Shown here in pieces: positions 1 to 7,297 of a stretch of 11,549 bases of DNA (within the stretch, counting starts at the first letter, position 1; every line of letters begins with the position of its first letter). This DNA comes from an uncultured Deferribacteres bacterium (GTDB lineage Bacteria > Zhuqueibacterota > Zhuqueibacteria > Zhuqueibacterales > Geothermadaptataceae), in the NCBI GenBank assembly GCA_964014485.1, contig CAXHAT010000224.1:1-11549 (forward strand). Direction: 5' to 3'. Under the pieces are notes generated by a model. The model had not been told where the DNA came from. It was given only the letters and a program-made list of their open reading frames with translations, and ran no database searches. The position numbers and the translations under genes were made by a program.

Positions 1-1072
1 TTTTAAACGTTTCATCCGTGCAGACGAGCAAAATCTTTTTCTCTTGTAAAACCTGAGATTTGGCGGCGTCGGGCCGGCCGGAGAAACCGCGCATCATTTG
101 AGAAATCTCTTTCTGAAACAAAAACGCAGTGATCGAGATTGCCAGCACAAGATAGGCTGCAACCATCAAGACTTTTCGCGATTTATTATTTGCTTTGGTT
201 TTGAGATGCGCCGGCGCATTCGCCGCCGTTGGCGCATGTGACGATCTTGCGCCCGTCACTGAGGAAAAGCCTTGTGCGGAAGTCAGCGTTTCGCCTAACT
301 GAACAATTTTCTGCTGCCGAGGAAAACCGCCCGCGCTATGGTTCGTTACCTGCGTGACGGTCGCCAGCGCCGCTGTAATATTATCTCTCCCGCCGTTGGC
401 GTTCGCAGCCGCAATCATCTTTTTAGACGCCGCCTTGTTCGACTTGTTTTCCAGCAAAACTTCCAGCAGAATGTGCCGCCGAACATAATTGCTCAAGCCG
501 TCCGAGCACAAAAGAAATCGGTCATTTTCTCGCAATTCATTGACCAAGACGTCCGGCCTTACCGACGGCTCCATGCCCAGCGCTCGCGTAATCAAATGAC
601 GGCGTTTGCCGTGAGAGTGGGTTTCATCGAGTGAATGATCTTTCGTCAATTGTTGCAAATTGCCGTTTCGCAGTCTGTAAATCCTGCTGTCTCCGGCGTG
701 GACGGCGACAAAAAAACCGTCTTTCAGCAACAACGCAACGACGGTCGTCCCCATTTTTTTGAGTACTTGTTGATTTTTGGATAATTCGTACAGGTGAGAA
801 TTGGCCGTTTTCACTGCGTGGACGAGTAACTGCGCGTCCACAGGTAATTCGGACTGTCCTTCAAACCGAACGCTCTGCCGGCTTTTCTCGGCGTCACTGA
901 AAACGCTTTCTATCACCGCAACCGCCGTTTGGCTGGCAACATCGCCGCGCCGGTGTCCGCCCATTCCGTCGCAAACAACGACGAGACCGCTCTTTTTGTC
1001 TATTCCGAAACTGTCCTCGTTTCTCTCGCGGAGCCGTCCGGGATCAGTCGCTGCATGAACGTCTATCTGCAT
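1..1072 (-). CDS. PP2C/PPM-family (Stp1/PstP-like) Ser/Thr protein phosphatase with a C-terminal transmembrane segment; 3' end lies beyond the left window edge
   Basis: Not in the ORF track because there is no stop in the window. Manual translation from ATG at 1072 gives MQIDVHAATDPGRLRERNEDSFG..VVVCDGMGGHRRGDVASQTAV..KKMGTTVVALL..HAGDSRIYRLRNGNLQQLTKDHS..HLITRALG..DRFLLCSDGLSNYV..ANANGGRDNITA, containing the hallmark PP2C motifs (NED, DGMGG, MGTT, GDSR, DHS, CSDGL, GGxDNIT). A hydrophobic stretch VLMVAAYLVLAISITAFLF is encoded at 116..172. Confidence 0.95.
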   Translation of the reverse strand, partial: MQIDVHAATDPGRLRERNEDSFGIDKKSGLVVVCDGMGGHRRGDVASQTAVAVIESVFSDAEKSRQSVRFEGQSELPVDAQLLVHAVKTANSHLYELSKNQQVLKKMGTTVVALLLKDGFFVAVHAGDSRIYRLRNGNLQQLTKDHSLDETHSHGKRRHLITRALGMEPSVRPDVLVNELRENDRFLLCSDGLSNYVRRHILLEVLLENKSNKAASKKMIAAANANGGRDNITAALATVTQVTNHSAGGFPRQQKIVQLGETLTSAQGFSSVTGARSSHAPTAANAPAHLKTKANNKSRKVLMVAAYLVLAISITAFLFQKEISQMMRGFSGRPDAAKSQVLQEKKILLVCTDETFK

Positions 1073-1092
1073 GTTCTTGAAATCGCCAGGTG

Positions 1093-3954
1093 CTATTTTT
1101 TAAATTTGATGATCCTTAACTCTACCGCTTGTTGGGGCTTGTCGGAAAGCGTGACTGAAAGCGTCTTTGCGCCATAGCCATATTCGGGACTTTCTCCTCG
1201 GAAAACGTAATTTTTTCCCGGTTCAAATTCTTGCAGCGGAAATGAATAACTTCCAGCCGAATTCACGTGCATCCACTTATATTCTCTTTCGCCAAGCTCG
1301 CTCAATTCCCCCTGAAAATAGCCGACGCGTCCTGCATAAACCGGCTTTCCTGTCCTGTGGTCAACCAATTTCACCGCCACGCCCTCAGGCTGGCGCTGCA
1401 GGCTTATATTTTTAACGCCAAACTCTTCAGCCTTTATCGTGATCAAGGAATCGATATATCCCGGTCGAACAATGAAAAGCTTGTGCGCTCTCGCCCGCAA
1501 TTTGAAAGTAGACGGAAGAGCAACGACTCGTCTGCTGATAGCCTGCTCGTTCGCTCCAAGCACTTGAATCACTCGCGCGCCGCGACCAGCGTGAACTTCG
1601 ATCTCACGGGCAAGCGTGATGGATTTTGCAATGAACTTTTTGCGTGAAGCCGCAACTTTGACGTTGATAGATTCATCAATAAATCCGTCCCGACGCAGCA
1701 AGAGCTGATGTTCTCCCGCCGGGAGCAAAATGTTTTTTCCATCTGCGGCAAGGTCAATTGTCGAAGTATCCGCCTCGTCAATTTTAAAAACCGAAGCATT
1801 AGCCGGAATGGTTTTGAGACGAAGCGTCTTATAAAAAGACCCGACAATGCGATAACCGCCGTTGGGCGCGGAGAATTGACGAACATGTGAAGAATCATCG
1901 CCTTCCAAAGAGCCGACCGTGAAAATCACGCTGAGCGTATCGAAGCCTTCCGTGAACATACGCACGCGCATTTCGCCCTGAAAAACGCCGGTCGTGTCAA
2001 AGGGCGTCGTCAAATGGTGAAGACTGTCGTTGATTTCAACGGCCGCTTCGGGAACGTTCGCGTCGAAGGAGAGCGTCGTGTTAAATGCGAGAAAAACATG
2101 CGTTGTATTTTCGCTCGCTGAGTCGAGTTTCACAGGCCGGGAACGCACGATTGAGCCCAAACGCGCTTCAACAATATAGCTTCCGGCAAGAAGCGAATCC
2201 GCGCGAAGCGGAGTTGTTCGGTCGCCAAAACTGGCGAAAACGAATTTTTCCGCTTCCGGATTGTCCGTCTGGATTTCGACGGCGAAATAACGTAACGGCT
2301 GCTCTTTTGGCGAAGGCCAGAAAACAATCAAAAGCAGCAAGACGGCCAAGCCTGCAGCGGCTGATAAGATAACTCTTGAGTACTGAGAGTAAATCGACCG
2401 GCATTGGTCAAAAAATCGAGGCAGCTTTTGGTTCTTGAAGTTCCCAACAAAACTGCTGCAAGCGGCCCGCGTTCTCTTGGCGTATCCAGCGACGGCTTTG
2501 CTCAACTCCGCATATTTCGTCTTTAGCCCCGCGGTTGAACGGCTGCTTTCTCGATTATTCGCATCTTGCGGCTCAACCCCTTTTTGAGTTGTGGCTTGCT
2601 CTGTTTCCGCTTCGTCAGATTGCAAGAACAGCGTTTTGTCATCAGCGTCATCCGATGGAGGACTTGCCGGTTCAGTCTCGGTTTTCGCAGACGCTTTCTC
2701 CAAAGCCTGCGCGTCTAAAAACAGCGTCTTTTCGGTTTCAAGCTCCGGGGCTTTATCTTTTTCATTTTGGTTTTCTTCGCCGCTCCAGAACATTGTTTTT
2801 TCGTCGCCATCGCTTTCGTCAGCGGGAGCAGGTTCTTTTGACTTTATTTTTTCAGATGCGTCGGAGAAATTTTGCGCCGAAACAAACAGCGTTTTCTCGT
2901 CATCTTCAATCTCGGGTTCCGGATCATCCGCCGTGACAGCGCTTGGCGTTTTCGATTCGTTTGAGTGGACAAAAACCGTTTTTCTAGAATCTTCCGCAGT
3001 ACGCTCTTTACTCACGGTCATTTTCTGGAACATTTTCATCTCTTCAACATACTTCGCCATCGCTTCGTGCATGCGCGTCGAGCGGTTTTGTCGCAGCCAA
3101 TGATCAATTTCCACAAACATCTCTTTCGCCGTCTGGTAGCGTTCCTGCGGGTTTCGTTGAATGGCGCGAAGTATGACGGCTTGTAATTCATAAGGCAACG
3201 GATGGCCCGCCAGGCGATCAAAAGTGACTTTCGCCGCTTTAACTTCTTCGATAAGCTGGGTTATTTTCCGGCCGGCGTAAGGCTTTTCGCCGGTCAAAAC
3301 TTCGTACATAACAACGCCCAACGAAAAAATATCGGATCGATGATCCAAATATTGACCACTGATTTGCTCCGGCGACATGTAGCTGACCTTGCCGCGCAAT
3401 CCTTCGTTTTTCAGCGCTTCCTTCTGGCGGGAATGCACTTTCGCCACGCCGAAATCGATGACTTTGACGGAACCGTCCGACGCGATCATGATGTTCGCAG
3501 GCGAAATATCAAGGTGGACAATGTGGAGCGGAACGAAGCCGTTTTCGGTTTGCTCGGTGGCGTTGTGTGCAAAGTAAAGCGCGTTGCAGACTTCAGCGAT
3601 AATATGCGCGCCGACGTCAAACGGAATCGGCTTTTTGATAGCAGCGGCTGTGCGGATGAGGTCGTGCAAATCCATGCCTTTAATAAAAGACATGATCATG
3701 TACATCTTCCCCGCTTCACGGCAGTAGTCGAGGACTTGCCCGATATTGCGGTGTTCGAGATTGGCGGTCGTTCGCGCTTCATTTTCCAAAACTTCAAAAG
3801 CGTCGCCAATCGCGGAAGCCTCCGGTTTGATGCGTTTTACAGCAACAACCTTGTCGAGCAGCGTATCCAGGCTTTCATAAACGTCGCTGAAGCCGCCTTC
3901 CGCTATCTTTCTGAGCAATTTATACCGATTCTTGACGAGCTGATTTTTTGCCAT
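1093..3954 (-). CDS. Transmembrane Hanks-type Ser/Thr protein kinase with an acidic linker and extracytoplasmic PEGA-like beta-repeat domains (~953 aa)
   Basis: Kinase motifs: RYKLLRKIAEGGFSDVY, VAVK, NEART, HLDISPANIM, DFGVAK, GKVSYMSPEQ, SDIFSLGVVMYE, ERY. TM segment VILSAAAGLAVLLLLIVFW at ~2318..2373. PEGA-like segments (KTIPANASVF..LLPAGEHQLLLRRDGF; ANVPEAAVEIND..TTP). Start moved from 4044 to the ATG at 3954 (MAKNQLVKNRY), which directly precedes the kinase domain and follows SD-like GAGGGAG. Confidence 0.93.
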   Translation of the reverse strand: MAKNQLVKNRYKLLRKIAEGGFSDVYESLDTLLDKVVAVKRIKPEASAIGDAFEVLENEARTTANLEHRNIGQVLDYCREAGKMYMIMSFIKGMDLHDLIRTAAAIKKPIPFDVGAHIIAEVCNALYFAHNATEQTENGFVPLHIVHLDISPANIMIASDGSVKVIDFGVAKVHSRQKEALKNEGLRGKVSYMSPEQISGQYLDHRSDIFSLGVVMYEVLTGEKPYAGRKITQLIEEVKAAKVTFDRLAGHPLPYELQAVILRAIQRNPQERYQTAKEMFVEIDHWLRQNRSTRMHEAMAKYVEEMKMFQKMTVSKERTAEDSRKTVFVHSNESKTPSAVTADDPEPEIEDDEKTLFVSAQNFSDASEKIKSKEPAPADESDGDEKTMFWSGEENQNEKDKAPELETEKTLFLDAQALEKASAKTETEPASPPSDDADDKTLFLQSDEAETEQATTQKGVEPQDANNRESSRSTAGLKTKYAELSKAVAGYAKRTRAACSSFVGNFKNQKLPRFFDQCRSIYSQYSRVILSAAAGLAVLLLLIVFWPSPKEQPLRYFAVEIQTDNPEAEKFVFASFGDRTTPLRADSLLAGSYIVEARLGSIVRSRPVKLDSASENTTHVFLAFNTTLSFDANVPEAAVEINDSLHHLTTPFDTTGVFQGEMRVRMFTEGFDTLSVIFTVGSLEGDDSSHVRQFSAPNGGYRIVGSFYKTLRLKTIPANASVFKIDEADTSTIDLAADGKNILLPAGEHQLLLRRDGFIDESINVKVAASRKKFIAKSITLAREIEVHAGRGARVIQVLGANEQAISRRVVALPSTFKLRARAHKLFIVRPGYIDSLITIKAEEFGVKNISLQRQPEGVAVKLVDHRTGKPVYAGRVGYFQGELSELGEREYKWMHVNSAGSYSFPLQEFEPGKNYVFRGESPEYGYGAKTLSVTLSDKPQQAVELRIIKFKK
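2620..2990 (-). repeat. Five dispersed peptide repeats [DE]-x-x-K-T-[LVM]-F in the kinase juxtamembrane linker
   Basis: DSRKTVFV, DDEKTLFV, GDEKTMFW, ETEKTLFL, ADDKTLFL. Thr codons at 2977-2979, 2890-2892, 2794-2796, 2725-2727 and 2632-2634, spaced 29, 32, 23 and 31 aa. Confidence 0.85.
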
Positions 3955-4082
3955 GACTCCCTCACTGAAAATAGAATCCCGCTCCAAAACAATATCCTGG
4001 TTCATCCTCACATAATGACAGCAAGAACAGTGCTTTCGTCCCACTTTGGCGACGATGATTTCCGTCTATTTTGGGTGATTGG

Positions 4083-4103
4083 AAAGGGCGGCGTGAACCG
4101 CCT
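4083..4103 (-). terminator. Possible weak intrinsic terminator downstream of the ATE-like gene
   Basis: Minus strand reads GGCGG-TTCACG-CCGCC followed by CTTTCC: a 5-bp GC stem but only a 3-nt U run. Confidence 0.2.
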
Positions 4104-4203
4104 CAGAAATTTGGGGAGAGAAAATAAAGGGGATCAGAAAACGGTGATTCATTTCTCGACAATTTGTATTCAGTCGATGAAGCTGGTGAAGAGTCGAAAG
4201 CGG

Positions 4204-5016
4204 TTAAACCTCTGTTTTAACCCGCATTGAAAAAAGCGTCTTCGAGGGCAAGCTGTCGAGACCGCCTTCGGAAAATTTTTTGTGATAATCCTCGGTTTCC
4301 AACAAATGGTGTGAAACCGAGCGCGAATCTCGACGAATCAAGTACTTGAGCTCATCCAAGTCTTGACTCCACCTGTAGCCGTTAAAAAACTCCGCCCCTG
4401 AGAATTGCGTTTTGTACAGGGCGTTTCTAGAATAACAGGAACCGAGGTAAATGTACCGGCAGCAATGCTCGGCAAAATACTGAACCGCTGAAGTCATCAT
4501 GAACATGCCGAGGTTGCGGGCATAATAATTGAGATCGTAAAACGAGTAGTAATAATAAGCGAAGCCCGGCGGCTGCAAAAAGAGCGTCACGGAGCCGATT
4601 TCGCGATCCGCCGCTTCATCCCGATAGACGAGAACATGCGACGTAATCGGCGAATTAAACAGACTATCCAGGCGGCCAAATGTCATGACGTCTTTGCCGA
4701 ATTTGATGTCAGCATAGTTTTTATAAAAAGCCTTCCGTTCTTTTGAATAGTCGAACGCGTCCCGCTTTACAAGCGAATGCGTAACCCCCTCGCCCTTGCG
4801 CAAGATACGCCTGTTCTCCGATGACGGCTTGAAGCGCTGCAAATCAATTCGGATATGTCGACACATATAAAAACGATCCAACTCGCGGGAGGCGGGCAGA
4901 AAACCGCTGGCAAACAGTTGCGCAGGCGTTTCGCCAGGCTCAGGGAAGGCCCAAATCGCGTACGGGAAAATGTAATTGGGATAATCGGATTTGTGTTCCG
5001 AAAACAGAAGTTTCAT
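4204..5016 (-). CDS. Divergent arginyl/leucyl-tRNA-protein transferase-like protein (ATE1/Bpt family, GNAT-like fold)
   Basis: GF..IRIDLQRFKPSSENRRILRK resembles the ATE/Bpt N-domain end (R...F.PS..QRR.L.K). YYYSFYDLNYYARNLGMFMM..YIYLGSCY....YKTQF resembles the ATE_C motifs (Y.FYDP.....SLG; YLYLGY......YK..F). ATG overlaps the upstream stop (ATGA at 5013-5016). Confidence 0.7.
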   Translation of the reverse strand: MKLLFSEHKSDYPNYIFPYAIWAFPEPGETPAQLFASGFLPASRELDRFYMCRHIRIDLQRFKPSSENRRILRKGEGVTHSLVKRDAFDYSKERKAFYKNYADIKFGKDVMTFGRLDSLFNSPITSHVLVYRDEAADREIGSVTLFLQPPGFAYYYYSFYDLNYYARNLGMFMMTSAVQYFAEHCCRYIYLGSCYSRNALYKTQFSGAEFFNGYRWSQDLDELKYLIRRDSRSVSHHLLETEDYHKKFSEGGLDSLPSKTLFSMRVKTEV

Positions 5017-5993
5017 CTATTCACCAATGCTAGCCTCATCGAATCACGAAAAACGCCTTGCGCGCCGAACCCTTCCTTAAACCTGCCCAGTCCCCAATTC
5101 GGATCCATGTTGACGGTGAAAAGTCCAAAATCCAAGTATTTGAACTTGTGTTGGACGCACCACTTGCAAACTTCATAAAATAAGAGATTTACAGCGCGAT
5201 ATTTTTGGTACGCTTCGTCATGACTGATGTAAAACGCCAATGTCGCGTGAGCGTTTGCGTTAAAAAGCGTGACGCCGCCAACCATGCGCTCATCGACGTA
5301 TGCCGAAAACAAGAAAACGTCTTCAGGGAACCACTGCGCCAGCTTTTCTAATTCGTCGAGGGTGTGAGTGGGAATTACGTTATGGCGCAGCTTGAGATTG
5401 TTTTGAAGTATTTGATAGAAGGCCTGGTAGTTGTCGTCAATCCGCACCTCTACGCCCAATTTTTGCGCCCGACGAACGGCGCGCCGCGACGCCGACGAAA
5501 AAAGCTTCAGGACGTTTTGTTCATCGACGACCAGCGGAATGACGCTGGAAAGCTCCCGTTTCCGGTAACGGAACCCGGCTTGGTAAAGTGCGAAATCCAG
5601 GTAATGGCTCGGCCGCTCCAGGTAAATTGAAGGCGGCAGGGTGAGATCGATTCCGCCGTAATGCTGGGCCGCCGCGTATTTTTTAAGCGCGTTTATCAAC
5701 CTCGTGGCGTCTCTCAGCGACAGGTCTTGCCGGCAAACAAATCCGCCGAAGCTCGAACCCGGGTGCGACACAAGCAACTTTTCGGGATCGCCGTGCCGCG
5801 CCGCCGCGGGCAATACCGCAAAGAGACTGCTTTTTTTAAAGAACAGCAGAGAATCGTCGATGAATCGATCTTGCGGGTGATAGTTTAGAAACGCGCGCTT
5901 GTGAAATAATGTGCCGTTGTTCGACACGTCTACAAATTCGTCCCAATCTTTTTCCAGACCGGGCTCAAACTTTACGACTTCCAGTTTTTCCAT
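5013..5993 (-). CDS. FemAB-related / Acetyltransf_6-type GNAT family protein
   Basis: WDEFV...NGTLFH...FLNYH, SHPGSSFGG, RRAVRRAQKLGVEV, AVNLLFYEVCKW...FKYLDFG, GLGRFKEGFGA: typical FemAB-like double-GNAT signature. Confidence 0.85.
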   Translation of the reverse strand: MEKLEVVKFEPGLEKDWDEFVDVSNNGTLFHKRAFLNYHPQDRFIDDSLLFFKKSSLFAVLPAAARHGDPEKLLVSHPGSSFGGFVCRQDLSLRDATRLINALKKYAAAQHYGGIDLTLPPSIYLERPSHYLDFALYQAGFRYRKRELSSVIPLVVDEQNVLKLFSSASRRAVRRAQKLGVEVRIDDNYQAFYQILQNNLKLRHNVIPTHTLDELEKLAQWFPEDVFLFSAYVDERMVGGVTLFNANAHATLAFYISHDEAYQKYRAVNLLFYEVCKWCVQHKFKYLDFGLFTVNMDPNWGLGRFKEGFGAQGVFRDSMRLALVNR

Positions 5994-6023
5994 ACAATTC
6001 GAAAATATTCAGGTAGAAACTCA

Positions 6024-6219
6024 CTACCTGACACTTTTTGTATAGGCTTCTAAAACTGGCGAAAAGGCCGGAATTGTCATGCTGGAAGCATCTTTTTTGA
6101 TCCGCCCCTTAAACTTTTGAGCATAATCTGTACTGGGCGATAACAAAGATTCTTTCAGAATGACAAAACGGGGCCTTTCGACGGGTCGAAAATGCAGTTT
6201 ACAAAAAAGTGTCAGGTAG
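6024..6219. mobile_element. MITE/REPIN-like non-coding element with terminal and nested internal inverted repeats
   Basis: Terminal IR CTACCTGACACTTTTT (6024-6039) / AAAAAGTGTCAGGTAG (6204-6219) is 16/16 and extends by GTA/TAC with one indel. Middle IR CGAAAAGGCC (6060-6069) / GGCCTTTCG (6172-6180). Inner IR 6074-6095 / 6145-6166 matches 19/22. All are centred near 6120-6121. Mobility is inferred; no transposase is present. Confidence 0.55.
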
Positions 6220-6365
6220 AGAGGTGGATAAAAGAAAGCCAAAACAACTGCGTGAAGAAATTTAGAATCGCAGCCGCTTTGACTTTTGAATCATCGAGAC
6301 TATTCATTGGACAAGCTTCTCGTAGAAGCGCGAGGCGCTCCGCGCTCCTCATTTTTTTAAAAAAA

Positions 6366-7277
6366 TTAGGCCATCAGCTTGACAAGAATGGCTTTTTGAA
6401 TGTGCAACCGATTTTCCGCCTGGTCAAAAACAATGGATCGCTCACCGTCCATAATCTCGTCCGTGACTTCATCGCCGCGATGCGCCGGGAGGCAGTGCAT
6501 AAATTTCGCGTCGGCGTTTGTCCCGCTGAACAAATTATCATTAACTTGAAACGAGCTGAAAATCTTTTTGCGTGACTCCGTTTCTTCTTCCTGCCCCATG
6601 CTGGCCCAAACGTCGGTGTAAATAATATCAGCGCCTGCAACCGCTTCCTGCGCCGATCGCACAACTTTGACTTCGCTCTTTCCAGCGTCTTGCGCCGCTT
6701 GCAAAAGCTCGGCGTCAGGGTCAAAACCTTCCGGCGCGCCGACGGTGAATTTAAACGGCAGCTTTGCCGCGAGATTGAGCCAGGAATTGCACACATTATT
6801 GCCGTCGCCGACATAGGCCACGTGAACGTCTTCATAGCGCCCGACGTGTTCGATGACCGTCAGCATGTCGCCGAGAATTTGGCAGGGGTGGAGCCAGTCC
6901 GTCAGACCGTTGACAACGGGAACGTCCGCCCATCTTGCCAGTTGGACAATGTCGTCATGCGCAAAAAGTCGCGCCATAATGCCATCGACAAATCCCGAGA
7001 GCACGCGCGCGACGTCTGGCACGGATTCCCGATCTCCCAAGCCGATTTCAGCTGGAGACAAGTAAAGCGCGTGGCCGCCCAAATGATACATGCCGACATC
7101 AAACGAGATGCGCGTCCGCGTCGAAGGCTTCATGAAAACCAGGCCAAGCGTTTTGCCTTTTAGAATGTGATGCTCAACGCCTGTTTTTTGCTTCTGCTTC
7201 AAGTCCTTTGCAAGCTCAAAGATTTCAAGAATTTCTTCGGTGCTGCAATCGGCGATGGATAAGAAATCTTTTTTCAA
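6366..7277 (-). CDS. argF: Ornithine carbamoyltransferase
   Basis: STRT carbamoyl-phosphate motif (FMKPSTRTRISF), HPCQ, DGNNV, YTDVWASMG, HCLP, FDQAENRLH. TTG start at 7277 preceded by SD AGGAG. Confidence 0.96.
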   Translation of the reverse strand: MKKDFLSIADCSTEEILEIFELAKDLKQKQKTGVEHHILKGKTLGLVFMKPSTRTRISFDVGMYHLGGHALYLSPAEIGLGDRESVPDVARVLSGFVDGIMARLFAHDDIVQLARWADVPVVNGLTDWLHPCQILGDMLTVIEHVGRYEDVHVAYVGDGNNVCNSWLNLAAKLPFKFTVGAPEGFDPDAELLQAAQDAGKSEVKVVRSAQEAVAGADIIYTDVWASMGQEEETESRKKIFSSFQVNDNLFSGTNADAKFMHCLPAHRGDEVTDEIMDGERSIVFDQAENRLHIQKAILVKLMA

Positions 7278-7297
7278 AGCACGCTCCTGCTTTAATT

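Noticed and set aside
3955..4044. 30-aa N-terminal extension of the kinase from the GTG at 4044 (MGRKHCSCCH...)
   Set aside because: The ATG at 3954 has an SD-like GAGGGAG and immediately precedes the kinase domain, so the Cys-rich extension is probably translated UTR.
3202..4230. 342-aa plus-strand ORF
   Set aside because: Antisense shadow of the kinase domain with no recognisable motifs.
6024..6242. 72-aa minus-strand ORF as a leader peptide or transposase remnant
   Set aside because: It coincides with the palindromic element, has no SD or transposase motif, and has no clear regulatory codon run.
5994..6365. CRISPR array, tRNA or recognisable riboswitch in the intergenic region
   Set aside because: The repeats are inverted and nested, not regularly spaced direct repeats, and no tRNA or known aptamer consensus was recognised.
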